Origin: an uncultured Gemmatimonadaceae bacterium
Lineage (GTDB): Bacteria > Gemmatimonadota > Gemmatimonadetes > Gemmatimonadales > Gemmatimonadaceae
DNA: 64,000 nucleotides
Direction of reading: 5' to 3'
Assembly (NCBI GenBank): GCA_963843845.1
Contig: CAWJMB010000002.1
Span: 928,001 to 992,000, forward strand
Part shown: piece after piece, positions 1 to 9,971 of the stretch
How the letters are laid out: the number at the start of each line of letters is the position of its first letter
How positions within the stretch are numbered: position 1 is the stretch's first letter
Position numbers and translations under genes: made by a program
The notes under the pieces: generated by a model
What the model was told of the DNA's origin: nothing
What the model saw: the letters and a program-made list of their open reading frames with translations, nothing else
Database searches by the model: none

Positions 1-3
1 GTC

Positions 4-561
4 ATGGAACGCAATCCCTCCGATAGCACGACCGGCGCCGGCGCGAGTACGCTCGGCGCGGGCACCGATTCGATCTCCGTCACCGGTCAGGGCGCCGACC
101 AGAGCGCCACGGGCGGGCAGGCGCAGTCGTCGCAGCAGGGACAGGGACAGCAGCTCGATGACCGCATGCACCAGGCGCGCGACGCGGCGACCGAGAAGTT
201 CGGCCAGGCGCGCGAGATGGCGGGCGAACGGCTCGATCAGGTGAAGGAGAAGGCGGGGCAGCTCAAGGGGTCGCTCGCCGACCGCCTCGAGGCGGGGGCG
301 AACTCGCTGCGCGAGCGGGCGGAGCAGGGCGGCGGGCCACAGCTCGCCGGCGCGAACGGCGCCCCGGCCGGCGCGCTCGCCGACTCGCAGATCCAGCGTC
401 TCGCCGTTCCCGCCGCGGACGCGATGCAGAAGACCGCCGACTTCCTGCGCGACGGCGACCTCAAGGAGGCGCTCGAGGAGCAGGTCCGCAGCAATCCGGC
501 GCGCACGCTGCTCATCGCGCTGGGCGTCGGCTACCTCCTCGGCAAGGCGGTCCGTCGCTGA
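4..561 (+). CDS. DUF883/ElaB-YqjD-like tail-anchored membrane protein
   Basis: Helical Ala/Gln/Glu-rich body ending in VRSNPARTLLIALGVGYLLGKAVRR, the typical ElaB/YqjD C-terminal anchor. Confidence 0.6.
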   Translation: MERNPSDSTTGAGASTLGAGTDSISVTGQGADQSATGGQAQSSQQGQGQQLDDRMHQARDAATEKFGQAREMAGERLDQVKEKAGQLKGSLADRLEAGANSLRERAEQGGGPQLAGANGAPAGALADSQIQRLAVPAADAMQKTADFLRDGDLKEALEEQVRSNPARTLLIALGVGYLLGKAVRR

Positions 562-586
562 GCCGGCGGCGCAGGGGAACCCGCAC

Positions 587-990
587 ATGACCGACACCAC
601 AGATCCGCGCGGCCTCGGCGCACTCCTCAAGGATTTCGTCGAAGGGAGTGGTGAGCTGGTGCGGCAGGAAGCACAGCTCGCGAAGCTCGAAGCGGGGGTC
701 CTCGTGCGGCGCGTGGGTGTGGGGACGGCGTCGATCGCGGTCGGCGCCGTGCTCGCCCTGCTCGGCGCGCTCGCGCTGCTCGCGGGGCTGATCCTGCTCG
801 CGGGCGATCAGTGGCTGCACGATCGATACTGGCTCGCGGCGCTCATCGTCACGCTGCTCGCGGGCGGCGTCGCGGCGATACTTCGCCTGGCGGGGGATGC
901 AAGCGTCTCTCGCCGAAACAGCTCGTCCCCGACCAGACGGTCGCGACGCTCAAGGAGGATGCGGAATGGCTGAAACGACAGCGGACGTGA
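587..990 (+). CDS. Phage holin family (holin_3_6/YqjE-like) membrane protein, frameshifted near 878-900
   Basis: LVRQEAQLAKLE followed by two TM helices; the family-typical tail PKQLVPDQTVATLKEDAEWLKRQRT* lies in another frame ending TGA 988-990. Confidence 0.65.
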
Positions 991-1394
991 GGCGCGACAT
1001 CGAGCTCACGCGCGAGCGGATGTCCGACACGCTCGCGCAGCTCGAGCGCAAGGTGAACGTCGGGCAGTACGTGAAGGACAATCCGTGGCCGGCGCTCGGC
1101 CTCGCGTTCGGCGCCGGGCTGCTGCTCAGCGGCACGGGCTCCGACACGAAGGCCGCGGCGGCGACGCTGATGGCGACGAAGGGCGCGAGCGGCAAGGTCG
1201 GCTCGGCGCTCGACGAGATCGTCGCGCGGCTCATGAGCAGCGTCGGCGAGGTGCTCGAGGGGCACGTCGAGACGCTGCTCGGCGAGGTGAAGCAGGCGTT
1301 GGGCGCGCCGCCGGCGTCGTCGACGGGGAACGGCACGCCGCAGAGCTTCGCGAGCTACGCGGGCGCGACGGAGGAGCAGGGGGCGACGGTGTGA
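966..1394 (+). CDS. DUF3618 domain protein
   Basis: N-terminal ADVRRDIELTRERMSDTLAQLERK; usual partner of the holin-like gene; ATG at 966. Confidence 0.65.
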   Translation: MAETTADVRRDIELTRERMSDTLAQLERKVNVGQYVKDNPWPALGLAFGAGLLLSGTGSDTKAAAATLMATKGASGKVGSALDEIVARLMSSVGEVLEGHVETLLGEVKQALGAPPASSTGNGTPQSFASYAGATEEQGATV

Positions 1395-1410
1395 AAGGGC
1401 CGCGACGCGG

Positions 1411-1458
1411 GATCGCGGGATCGGGCCGATCGCGAGGCCGAGTCCCGGTCCCGCGATC
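1411..1458. terminator. GC-rich inverted repeat (possible terminator or REP-like hairpin)
   Basis: gatcgcgggatcggg (1411-1425) pairs with cccggtcccgcgatc (1444-1458), 14/15; no U-tract. Confidence 0.3.
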
Positions 1459-1500
1459 GCGGCCGTATCCGGCCGTTCAAGTGTCTCGAGGAGCGTGACG

Positions 1501-1514
1501 ACACTGGTCAGTGT
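1501..1514. promoter_or_regulatory. Palindrome upstream of flp, possible regulator site
   Basis: ACACTG-GT-CAGTGT, 43 nt before the flp ATG. Confidence 0.3.
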
Positions 1515-1557
1515 TCGACGACCACCGTGTAGTCCACCCTCTCTCGACGAGACCCCG

Positions 1558-1737
1558 ATGTCTTCCCTCCTCCGTACGACCCGTCGTTTCCTTCGCAGCG
1601 AGTCCGGCGCGTCGATGGCCGAGTACGCGCTGCTGCTCGCGGTCATCGCGCTCGTCGCCGTCGTCGGCGCGAAGGCGCTCGGCACCGGCGTGAACACGCA
1701 GCTCAACGCCGCGGCGACGAAGGTCACCACGCCGTAA
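1558..1737 (+). CDS. flp: Flp family type IVc pilin
   Basis: RFLRSESG|ASMAEYALLLAVIA: Flp cleavage site with the EY motif; 59 aa; first gene of the tad cluster. Confidence 0.93.
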   Translation: MSSLLRTTRRFLRSESGASMAEYALLLAVIALVAVVGAKALGTGVNTQLNAAATKVTTP

Positions 1738-1759
1738 CGCCGCGCGTTCGGAGGCGACG

Positions 1760-2227
1760 ATGCGCGAGCCGTTCGTGTGGCGCGTGACGCTGAGCGCCCT
1801 CCTGCTCGTCGCCTGCGTGACCGACGTCCGGTCGCGTCGCATCCCGAACGTGCTCGTCCTCGTCGTCGCCGCGTTAGGCCTCGTCCGCGCGGCGATCGGT
1901 GCGCCGGCCGCCGTCACACCCGCGCTGCTCGTCGCGGCGGCGGGCGGGCTGGTCGGACTCGTGCTCTGGCTCCCGGCGTTCGCGCTCGGCGTGCTGGGAG
2001 CGGGCGACGTGAAGCTCTTCGCCGCGACGGCGCTCTGGCTCGGGCCCGCGGCCGGCGCGCGCGCCGCGGTCGCCGTCGCGATCGCCGGCGGAGTGCTCGG
2101 CGGGGTCTGGGTGGTCGCGGCGCGGCGCCGTCCGACGCGCCGACGCACCGCGTCCCGGCACGCGACGATGCCCTACGGACTCGCGGTCGCCGCGGGAACG
2201 CTCGCCGTCGCGTGGGGGCTCGCATGA
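1760..2227 (+). CDS. cpaA: Prepilin peptidase CpaA/TadV (A24 family)
   Basis: TDVRSRRIPN and GAGDVKL catalytic Asp motifs; C-terminal MPYGLAV. Confidence 0.9.
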   Translation: MREPFVWRVTLSALLLVACVTDVRSRRIPNVLVLVVAALGLVRAAIGAPAAVTPALLVAAAGGLVGLVLWLPAFALGVLGAGDVKLFAATALWLGPAAGARAAVAVAIAGGVLGGVWVVAARRRPTRRRTASRHATMPYGLAVAAGTLAVAWGLA

Positions 2228-2658
2228 GCCGCCGCATCCTCCAGCGGATGGCGCGCAGCACACGCGGCGCCGCGGTCGTCGAGTTCGCGATCGTCGTGCC
2301 GTTCCTCCTCACGCTGCTGTTGGGCATCATCGACTTCGGCCGCATGTTCGCGGTCGGGGCGAGCCTCGCGGCCGCGGTGCGTGAAGGGGCGCGCGTCGCG
2401 GCCGCCGCGTCGGACCCGTCCGCCGCGGCGACGGTGACGGCGGCGCAGGACCGCGTCATCGGCGCGTTCCAACCGTTAGGCGGCACCGCGCTCACGCGCG
2501 CCGCCGTCACGGTGAGCGCCGTCGACGTGAGCGGCAACGTCACGATCCGCGTCACCGGCTACACGTACGTCCCGATCACACCGATCGCGCGCTTCATCGG
2601 GTTAGGCACCGTCACGCTGACGCGGCAGGCGGTGTTCCGCTGGGAGCGTGCCTCGTAG
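2224..2658 (+). CDS. tadE: TadE/TadG family pseudopilin
   Basis: RG|AAVVEFAIVVPFLLTLLLGIIDFG...AVREGAR; ATGA overlap with cpaA. Confidence 0.9.
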   Translation: MSRRILQRMARSTRGAAVVEFAIVVPFLLTLLLGIIDFGRMFAVGASLAAAVREGARVAAAASDPSAAATVTAAQDRVIGAFQPLGGTALTRAAVTVSAVDVSGNVTIRVTGYTYVPITPIARFIGLGTVTLTRQAVFRWERAS

Positions 2659-2690
2659 TGCGCCTCGTAGTGCGCCTCGTAGTGCGCCTC
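2650..2690. repeat. 12-bp tandem repeat GCCTCGTAGTGC x3.4
   Basis: Read directly; each unit repeats the tadE TAG stop in frame. Confidence 0.85.
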
Positions 2691-2773
2691 CTCGCACGGT
2701 CGTGAGCCCGGTCTCGTAGCTGGCGTCTCACAGCGAGGCCCGCACGATCGTCCACGCATCCCTGCCCCGCCCG

Positions 2774-2840
2774 CTCGTCCCGCCGGATCGCCCCCGCCGG
2801 CTCGTCCCCGCCGGCTCGTCCCCGCCGGATCGCCCCCGCC
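2774..2840. repeat. Degenerate ~14-bp tandem repeat (M)TCGYCCCCGCCGG x~5
   Basis: Read directly in the tadE-cpaB intergenic region. Confidence 0.7.
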
Positions 2841-2853
2841 CCATCGTCTCTCC

Positions 2854-4074
2854 ATGACCGAACGCCGGTACACCGTCATCTTCGGCGTCGCCCTGCTCAC
2901 CGCGGGGCTGGCGACGCTCGCCGTCTATCGCGCCGTCGCCTCGGCGGGATTCAACCGTCCGGTCGAGACGCGCGCCGTCGTCGTCGCGACCGCGGACGTC
3001 CCCGCCGGCCTGCCGATCGAGGCCCAGACGCTCACCGTCGTGAACTGGCCGGCGAGCGCCGCGCCGGCGAACGGCTTCGCGGTGACCGACTCGCTCGTCG
3101 GCCGTGTGACGCGCGAGGCGCTCGTCAGCGGCTCGCCGGTGCTCGCCGGTGCCCTGGCGCCGAAGGGTGCCGCCGCCGGCTACGAAGGCGCCATCACGCC
3201 CGGCCACCGCGCGGTCTCGATCCGTGTGAACGAGGCGGCCGGCGTGAGCGGCCTCGTGCGGCGCGACAGTCGCGTCGACGTGCTCGTGACGGTGCGCGAC
3301 GATCAGGGCGCCGCGCCAGTCGCCTGGGTCGTCGCCGGCGACGTCCGCGTGCTGGGCGTCGGCGCCGGACGCGCCGGCACGCCCGGCACGCAGGGCTCGC
3401 TCGACGCGCTGCCGACGTCGACGAGCATCACGTCGGTCGTGACGCTCGAAGTCACGCCCGCCGACGCCGCGAAGCTCGTCGCCGCCGAGACGCGCGGAAC
3501 GATCCAGCTCGTGCTGCGGGGCTATGGCAGTCGCGACACGACGCTCGCCGACTACCCGGCCGCGGCGACCGGCGTCGCCGCGCGGGTGCAGAACGCGATG
3601 CCGAGCGTGGCGTCGTCGCGCGTCGCCGCCGCCGATCCGTCGATCGACGTGCAGCGCCTCGCGACGTCGGGCTCCGGCGTGGTGCGGGCGGACGCGCGGC
3701 CGGCGGGCGCGCTCCCCGGGGCCGGACGTGTCGGCCCGCGCACCGGCGTCGGCCGCACCGCGGAGTCCGTCCGACTCGGACGCGGTGGAGTGTTGCCGCC
3801 TGCGTCGCGCGCCGCCGCCGCCGCGCCCGCCTCGAACGCGCCGGCGCCGGTCGTGGTGTCGGCAGCCCCGGCCACCGCACCGGCGCCTTCCGGCCGCGCC
3901 GTGGAAGGGCCCGGGGCCGCGGCGCGCCAGACGCCCGCGGTGCGCGTGTACCGCGGTGGCCGCGGCGACGGCGCCGCCGGCCGCACCGCGGCATCGACCA
4001 ACGCGCCGAACGTGCCTCACCTGCCCAGCGCGCCGAACGCGCCCAACGCTTCCTCCGCGGTGCCGCAGCCATGA
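2854..4074 (+). CDS. cpaB: Flp pilus assembly protein CpaB/RcpC
   Basis: TM anchor, SAF domain (VVVATADVPAG), RAVSIRV...GVSGLVRRDSRVDVL, VTLEVTP; long Ala/Pro-rich tail. Confidence 0.9.
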   Translation: MTERRYTVIFGVALLTAGLATLAVYRAVASAGFNRPVETRAVVVATADVPAGLPIEAQTLTVVNWPASAAPANGFAVTDSLVGRVTREALVSGSPVLAGALAPKGAAAGYEGAITPGHRAVSIRVNEAAGVSGLVRRDSRVDVLVTVRDDQGAAPVAWVVAGDVRVLGVGAGRAGTPGTQGSLDALPTSTSITSVVTLEVTPADAAKLVAAETRGTIQLVLRGYGSRDTTLADYPAAATGVAARVQNAMPSVASSRVAAADPSIDVQRLATSGSGVVRADARPAGALPGAGRVGPRTGVGRTAESVRLGRGGVLPPASRAAAAAPASNAPAPVVVSAAPATAPAPSGRAVEGPGAAARQTPAVRVYRGGRGDGAAGRTAASTNAPNVPHLPSAPNAPNASSAVPQP

Positions 4075-5258
4075 TCCGTCTTCGCCTTGCCCGCGCCGCG
4101 TTGCTCGCGGCCGCCATCGTTCCGCACGCGGTGCCTCGCGCCGCTCGCGCGCAGGCGCCGGTCGCCCAGGCGGGCGCCGTCATTCGCGTGCCGCTCGTCG
4201 CGGGGCGCGTGCAGCCGCTGGCGTTCGACGCCCCGGTGCGCGACGTCGCCGTCGCCGACACGGCGGTCGCCGACGTCATGGTCATCGGCGACCGCGACGT
4301 CGTGCTGACCGGCCGCCGAGCGGGCGAGACCGACGCACTCGTCTGGATCGGGACGGAGCGGCGTCACTACCGTCTCGTCGTCACGTCGCCGACCGACCGC
4401 CAGCAGATCGTCCTCGCCGTGAAGATCGCCGAGGTGCGACGCGACGCGCTGACGCAGGTCGGGTTCAACTTCCTGCGCGAAGGGCGCACGCGCGTCGGGA
4501 GCGGCGAGTTCAATGCGACCGGCGCGCCGTATCGGCTGCCGAACGGCACCGCTGCCCTGGGCAGCGAGTCCGGGTTCGGCACGGTGCTGACCGACTTCGG
4601 CACGCGCAACGTGCTCGCGCTGCTCGACGCCGAAGAGCAGCGCGGCCGCGCCCGCACGCTCGCCGAGCCGACGCTCATGGCTGGCAACCGCGACTCGGCG
4701 ACGTTCCTCGCCGGCGGCGAGATCCCGATCCCGACGGCGGCGCAGCAAGGCGCGAACGGACAGCTCTTCATCACGGTGCTGTTCCGCGAGTTCGGCATCC
4801 GGCTCACGTTCACGCCCGAGATTCTCTCGGACTCGCTGCTGAAGCTGAAGATCCGCCCCGAAGTCTCGAGCCTCGACTACTCGAACGCGCTGATCCTGTC
4901 CGGCGTACGTGTGCCGGCGCTGCGGACGCGGCGGCTCGAGAGCACCATCGACGTGCCGCGCGACCGCAGCCTCATCATCTCCGGGCTGATCGACGATCAG
5001 CGCGAGCGTGTGCGCACCGGCATTCCGGGGCTCATGAACATCCCGGTGCTCGGCGCGCTGTTCTCGAGCACGCGATGGCAGCGCAACGAGAGCGAGCTGA
5101 TCATCGTCGTCACGCCGACGATCGTCGACCCGCTGCGCCCGCGACCGCAGGACACGCTGCCGATCGTGCCCGACAGCACGCTCCCGGCGCGCGAAGCGCT
5201 GCAGCGCCGCCTGCCCCCGGCTCCGGCCGCGTCCACCACGATGCCCCGCGTTCCGTGA
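4071..5258 (+). CDS. cpaC: Tad secretin CpaC/RcpA
   Basis: Signal peptide; LAEPTL...ATFLAGGEIPIP, FREFGIRL, IPGLMNIPVLGALF, ELIIVVTP secretin motifs. Confidence 0.93.
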   Translation: MIRLRLARAALLAAAIVPHAVPRAARAQAPVAQAGAVIRVPLVAGRVQPLAFDAPVRDVAVADTAVADVMVIGDRDVVLTGRRAGETDALVWIGTERRHYRLVVTSPTDRQQIVLAVKIAEVRRDALTQVGFNFLREGRTRVGSGEFNATGAPYRLPNGTAALGSESGFGTVLTDFGTRNVLALLDAEEQRGRARTLAEPTLMAGNRDSATFLAGGEIPIPTAAQQGANGQLFITVLFREFGIRLTFTPEILSDSLLKLKIRPEVSSLDYSNALILSGVRVPALRTRRLESTIDVPRDRSLIISGLIDDQRERVRTGIPGLMNIPVLGALFSSTRWQRNESELIIVVTPTIVDPLRPRPQDTLPIVPDSTLPAREALQRRLPPAPAASTTMPRVP

Positions 5259-6478
5259 CGGCACCCGCCCTCAGCCACGCCGCCGCGCAGCCGTCGTCGC
5301 GCGCGGCGACGCGCGAAGTCCTGCTCGCGGGGCTCGTCGCGGCGCCCGACGGCGACGCCGCGGCGCCGCTCGCGCGCGCCGGCTACGTCGCGCCGCAGCG
5401 CGTGCCGACGCTCGAGGCGGCCGTCGCGCGACTCGGCCGCGAGCGCGCCGACCTCGTCATCGTGCCGCTCGACGCGCCGCCCGCGGCGCTCGAAGCCGTG
5501 GCGCGCGCCGCGCAGGCGGCCAGCGCCGGCGTGTTGGGCGTCTCGGCGCGGCTCGACGCGGGGCTGCTGCTGCGCGCGATGCGCGCCGGCGTGCAGGAAT
5601 GTCTCGCGCTCCCGTACGATCCCGACGAGCTGAGTGCGGCGCTCGACCGCATCGAGCGGCGCCAGACCGGCGGCGTGACGGCGGGGGTCGCGGTCGCGAT
5701 CTACAGCGCGAAGGGCGGGCTCGGCACGACGACGTTGGGCGTCAACCTGGCGCACGCGTTCGCGCGCAACAACCCGCGCGCCCGCGTCGCGCTCGCCGAC
5801 CTCGTCGTCAGCGGCGGCGATGTCGCCGTGCAGCTCGACCTCGCGGCGCCGTACGACATCGGGACGCTCGCCGGCAAGATCGCGTCGCTCGACGCGGAGC
5901 TGCTCCGTTCGGTGCTCGCCGAGCGAGGCGAGCGGACGTGGGTGCTCGCGGCGTCGGAGCGGCCGGAGGTCGCGGAGCTCGTCGACAGCGCGGCGGCCGG
6001 TGCGATGGTCGGGCAGCTCCGCAGCGACTACGACTTCACGGTGCTCGACTGCGAGCACCACGTGAACGACCGCTCGCTCGCCGCGCTCGACGCGGCCGAC
6101 AAGGTCGTGCTCGTGACGCAGCTCGGCCTCGCGCAGTTGCGCAGCGCGCAGCGGTCGCTCGCGCTGTTCGAGCGGCTCGGCTACCCGCGTGACCGTGTCG
6201 TCATCGTCGTCAATCGGTACCAGAGCGGCGATGTGCTGTCGCTCGCCGACGCCGAGGCGGCGCTCGGCTACCCGATCGCCTGCGCGCTGCCGAACGATTT
6301 CCGACTCTGCGCGTCGGCGCTGGCGAAGGGGCAGTCGGTCGTCGAGTTCGCGCCCGAGGCGGTGCTGACGCGCAGCTACCTCGATCTCGCGTCGCGCATC
6401 GGCGGAAGCGCGCCGCCGCCGCCCGCGTCGCCGTCGCGGTTCGGGAAGCTGAAGCTGTTCGGCCGCGGAGAGCGTTAG
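5255..6478 (+). CDS. cpaE: CpaE/TadZ pilus localisation protein (receiver-like + MinD/ParA-like ATPase)
   Basis: [13 protein letters not shown] receiver-like segment; deviant Walker [14 protein letters not shown] 5255 overlaps the cpaC stop. Confidence 0.88.
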   Translation: MTAPALSHAAAQPSSRAATREVLLAGLVAAPDGDAAAPLARAGYVAPQRVPTLEAAVARLGRERADLVIVPLDAPPAALEAVARAAQAASAGVLGVSARLDAGLLLRAMRAGVQECLALPYDPDELSAALDRIERRQTGGVTAGVAVAIYSAKGGLGTTTLGVNLAHAFARNNPRARVALADLVVSGGDVAVQLDLAAPYDIGTLAGKIASLDAELLRSVLAERGERTWVLAASERPEVAELVDSAAAGAMVGQLRSDYDFTVLDCEHHVNDRSLAALDAADKVVLVTQLGLAQLRSAQRSLALFERLGYPRDRVVIVVNRYQSGDVLSLADAEAALGYPIACALPNDFRLCASALAKGQSVVEFAPEAVLTRSYLDLASRIGGSAPPPPASPSRFGKLKLFGRGER

Positions 6479-6481
6479 GCC

Positions 6482-8002
6482 ATGGCGCACACCATCCGTG
6501 ACCGGATCGCGCGAGGGTACACCGCGCCGAACGCCCGCCCGCCCGAGCGGCCGGCCGACGCGCTCGACGTGCGGCACTCCTCCGAGCCTGCACCACCGGT
6601 GACCGCCGCGATCCCCGAGGCCGAGCCGTCGGCGACGCTCGAGCGACTGTCGCCGGCGCCGAACGCGCGCGCGACCGGCGTCGCGCCGGCGCGCGTCGAC
6701 GCGCTCGCGAACGACGCGCGCCGCAGCGCGGCCGAGCTGCCGGCGGCGGTCGAGCAGCTGAAGGCGGACCTGCACCGCCGCCTCATCGAGCGGCTGGACC
6801 TCACCGCGCTCGAGCGGATCACCGACGAGGCGATGCTCGCCGACCGCATCCGGCGCGCGGTCGCCGACTTCCTGCGGGCGGAGAACACGCCGATGTCGCA
6901 GGTCGAGCGCGAGCAGCTCGTCGACCAGATCGTGCACGAGATCGTCGGGCTCGGGCCGATCGAGCCGCTGTTCATGGACCCGACGATCAGCGACATCCTC
7001 GTGAACGGGGCGAACGACATCTGGATCGAGAGCGGCGGCAAGCTGAAGCGGATGGCGACGCGCTTCCGAGACGACGCGCACCTCATGGCGGTGATCGACC
7101 GCATCGTGAGCCGCGTCGGCCGCCGCGTCGACGAGTCGAGCCCGATGGTCGACGCGCGGCTTCCCGACGGCTCGCGCGTGAACGCCGTCATCCCGCCGCT
7201 CGCCATCGACGGGCCGGTGCTGTCGATCCGCCGCTTCGGCAAGTCGATCACGGCCGAGCAGCTCGTCGCCTTCGGCGCGCTGACCGAGCCGATCCTCTTC
7301 GTGCTCGCGGCGTGTGTGAAGGCGCGCCTCAACGTCGTCGTCTCCGGCGGTACCGGCTCGGGGAAGACGACACTGCTCAACGCGCTCTCGTCGTTCATCC
7401 CGACCGACGAGCGCATCGTGACGATCGAGGACGCGGCCGAGCTGCGGCTGCAGCAGGCGCACGTCGTGCGCCTCGAGACGCGTCCGCCGAACAGCGAGGG
7501 GCGCGGCGAGGTGCAGGCGCGCGACCTCGTGAAGAACGCGCTGCGGATGCGCCCCGACCGCATCATCGTCGGCGAGACGCGCGCCGGCGAGGCGCTCGAC
7601 ATGCTCCAGGCGATGAACACGGGGCACGAGGGGTCGATGACGACGGTGCACGCGAACACGCCGCGCGACGCGATCGCGCGCATGGAGACGATGGTGCTGT
7701 TCTCCGGCACCGCGCTCCCGACGCGCGCCGTGCGCGAGCAGATCGCCGCGGCGGTGCAGGTCGTCGTGCAGGTGTCGCGTCAGGCGGACGGCTCGCGCCG
7801 CGTCATGAGCGTCACCGAGATCACCGGCATGGAGGGCGAGATCATCGCCGCGCAGGAGATCTTCCGCTACCGGCGGCTCGGCATGAGTCCGGAAGGCAAG
7901 GTGTTGGGCAAGTTCGAGGCGACGGGTGTGCGCCCCGCCTTCGCCGAGCGCGTGCGCATCGCCGGCGTCGAGCTGCCGCCGCACCTGTTCGAGCTGCGCT
8001 GA
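6482..8002 (+). CDS. cpaF: CpaF/TadA pilus assembly ATPase
   Basis: [38 protein letters not shown]. Confidence 0.96.
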   Translation: MAHTIRDRIARGYTAPNARPPERPADALDVRHSSEPAPPVTAAIPEAEPSATLERLSPAPNARATGVAPARVDALANDARRSAAELPAAVEQLKADLHRRLIERLDLTALERITDEAMLADRIRRAVADFLRAENTPMSQVEREQLVDQIVHEIVGLGPIEPLFMDPTISDILVNGANDIWIESGGKLKRMATRFRDDAHLMAVIDRIVSRVGRRVDESSPMVDARLPDGSRVNAVIPPLAIDGPVLSIRRFGKSITAEQLVAFGALTEPILFVLAACVKARLNVVVSGGTGSGKTTLLNALSSFIPTDERIVTIEDAAELRLQQAHVVRLETRPPNSEGRGEVQARDLVKNALRMRPDRIIVGETRAGEALDMLQAMNTGHEGSMTTVHANTPRDAIARMETMVLFSGTALPTRAVREQIAAAVQVVVQVSRQADGSRRVMSVTEITGMEGEIIAAQEIFRYRRLGMSPEGKVLGKFEATGVRPAFAERVRIAGVELPPHLFELR

Positions 8003-8014
8003 GGTGCGTGCCCG

Positions 8015-8983
8015 ATGCTGACGCTGCTCCTCGCGTTCGTCTTCATCGCCACGGCCGGCGCGTGCATCGGTGGCGTGCTGTTCGTCGACCGGCGTCGCCT
8101 CGCCGCCGCCGACGCGATCCGCGAGCGGCTGGCGATGCCGATCGCGCGCGACGTGCTCGACGGCGATGCCGTGCGCCTCGTGCGCGGCGTCGACCGGCAC
8201 AGCGGCTTCGCCTTCCTCGACCGCTGGCTGACGGACCGGTCGCTCAGCACGCGGATCGGCGATGTGCTGCGCCGCGCCGGCCTCACGTTCTCGGTCGGCG
8301 AGTTTCTGCTCGCGAGTGCGGCCGCCGGCGCGGCGGCGCTCGCCGTCGGCACGGTCTACCTCGGGCCGCTCGTCGGCCTCGCGGCGGCGCCGATCGGCGC
8401 GATGCTGCCGCGCGTCGTCGTGTGGCAGCGCACCCGGGCGCGTGTCGCCAGGCTCGAGGCACAGCTCCCCGAGGCGCTCGACGCGATCGTGAACTCGCTC
8501 AAGGCGGGGCACTCGTTCCCCGCGGCGCTCGAGTACTCGGCCGGCGAGGTCCCGGCGCCGTTAGGCCCGGAGCTGGCGCGCGTGCGCGACGAGCAACGCC
8601 TCGGCGTCGAGTCGCGCACGGCGCTCGAGGCGCTCGCGGCACGCGTGGAGACCTCGGACATGCGGATGTTCGTGACCGCGGTGCTCATTCAGCGCGAGAC
8701 CGGGGGCAACCTCGCCGAGCTGCTGCAGGGCCTCGCCACCCTCGTGCGCGAGCGTGCCGCATTCCGCGGCCGCGTCGCCGCCCTCACCGCCGAGCCGCGC
8801 ATCAGCGCGATCGTGCTCGCGCTGCTGCCGGTCGTGCTGCTCGTGCTGCTCTCGGTGCTGAACCCCGACTACATCCGCCCGATGTACACGACGACGTTCG
8901 GCCACATGCTGCTGGGTGCGGCGGGAGTGCTGTCGGTCATCGGCTACTTCGTGATGCGCAGCCTCGGCGACGTGGAGTTCTAG
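8015..8983 (+). CDS. tadB: TadB (T2SS F family) membrane protein
   Basis: QLPEALD..VNSLKAGHS, IQRETGGNLAE, TAEPRIS. Confidence 0.92.
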   Translation: MLTLLLAFVFIATAGACIGGVLFVDRRRLAAADAIRERLAMPIARDVLDGDAVRLVRGVDRHSGFAFLDRWLTDRSLSTRIGDVLRRAGLTFSVGEFLLASAAAGAAALAVGTVYLGPLVGLAAAPIGAMLPRVVVWQRTRARVARLEAQLPEALDAIVNSLKAGHSFPAALEYSAGEVPAPLGPELARVRDEQRLGVESRTALEALAARVETSDMRMFVTAVLIQRETGGNLAELLQGLATLVRERAAFRGRVAALTAEPRISAIVLALLPVVLLVLLSVLNPDYIRPMYTTTFGHMLLGAAGVLSVIGYFVMRSLGDVEF

Positions 8984-8984
8984 C

Positions 8985-9971
8985 ATGCCGCTCTCGCAAT
9001 CCCTCGGCGCCACGCCCGCTGTCGCCCCCGGGGTCGCTCCCGTGCTCCCGACGGGAACGATCGTCGTGCTCATCGCCGTCATCACGCTCGCCGCCGGCGC
9101 CGCCGCCGCCGCCGCGATCGCCGAGCGGAATCGGCGCGAGGTGCTCGCGCGGCTCAGCGGTCACGCGCGACACGGCGGGCCGGTTCGCGCGCTCGACGAG
9201 CAGGGAGCCGACCTGCTGTTGGGCGACGCGACGGACGCACAGACGCGCATCGCGGCGGCGCTCGCGCCCTGGGTCCCGCCGATGTTGCTGAGCGACGCGT
9301 CGGCGTTGCGTCTCGCGCGCGCCGGCTATCACGACGGCGGCGCGGCGGTGCTGTTCGCCGTCGCGCGCGTGCTCGCGCCGGTCTTCACCGTGCTGCTCGT
9401 GACCGCGGCGTTCGGCGACTCGCTCTCGTCCACGATCCTGCTCGTCGCGGGGGTCGCCGGCGTCGTGGCGCCGACGGCGATCGTCGACCGGAAGGCGGGC
9501 GCGCGGCAGGCGCGGCTCGCGAGCGCACTGCCCGACGCGCTCGACCTCATGGTCGTCTGTCTCGAGGCCGGCGTCGGCATCGACGCCGCGCTCGTGCGCG
9601 TGGCGCGCGAGATCGAGCAGGCGCATCCGGTGCTGTCGACCGAGCTGACGAACGCGAGTCGCCGCATCGCCGCGGGGCTGCCGCGGACGGAGGCGCTGAA
9701 CGGGCTCGTCGTGCGCACCGGGCTCGACGAAGTGCGCGCGATCGTCTCGACCATTCTCCAGGCCGAACGGTTAGGCACCTCGCTCGCGCGGGTACTGCGG
9801 ATGCACAGCGAGGCGCTCCGCCAGCGGCGTCGTCAGCTCGCCGAGAAGCGGGCGGCCGAGTCGTCCGTGAAGATGATGTTCCCGCTCGTCGCGCTGCTCC
9901 TCCCGGCATTCTTCATCGTCGTGCTCGGCCCCGCGGCGCTCACGATGATGCAGCAGTTCGGGTCGCAGTGA
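8985..9971 (+). CDS. tadC: TadC (T2SS F family) membrane protein
   Basis: LPDALDLMVVCLEAG, KMMFPLV.LLLPAFFIVVLGP. Confidence 0.92.
   Translation: MPLSQSLGATPAVAPGVAPVLPTGTIVVLIAVITLAAGAAAAAAIAERNRREVLARLSGHARHGGPVRALDEQGADLLLGDATDAQTRIAAALAPWVPPMLLSDASALRLARAGYHDGGAAVLFAVARVLAPVFTVLLVTAAFGDSLSSTILLVAGVAGVVAPTAIVDRKAGARQARLASALPDALDLMVVCLEAGVGIDAALVRVAREIEQAHPVLSTELTNASRRIAAGLPRTEALNGLVVRTGLDEVRAIVSTILQAERLGTSLARVLRMHSEALRQRRRQLAEKRAAESSVKMMFPLVALLLPAFFIVVLGPAALTMMQQFGSQ

Noticed and set aside
587..990. Prophage lysis module
   Set aside because: Holin-like family only; no endolysin or other phage genes nearby
1395..1557. c-di-GMP riboswitch upstream of flp
   Set aside because: No recognisable GEMM conserved elements
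4997..8512. Very long antisense and alternative-frame ORFs (e.g. 4997-8512, 21472-22953, 35546-37936, 48344-51679)
   Set aside because: Arg/Ala-rich shadow ORFs expected in high-GC DNA; they overlap genes with clear motifs
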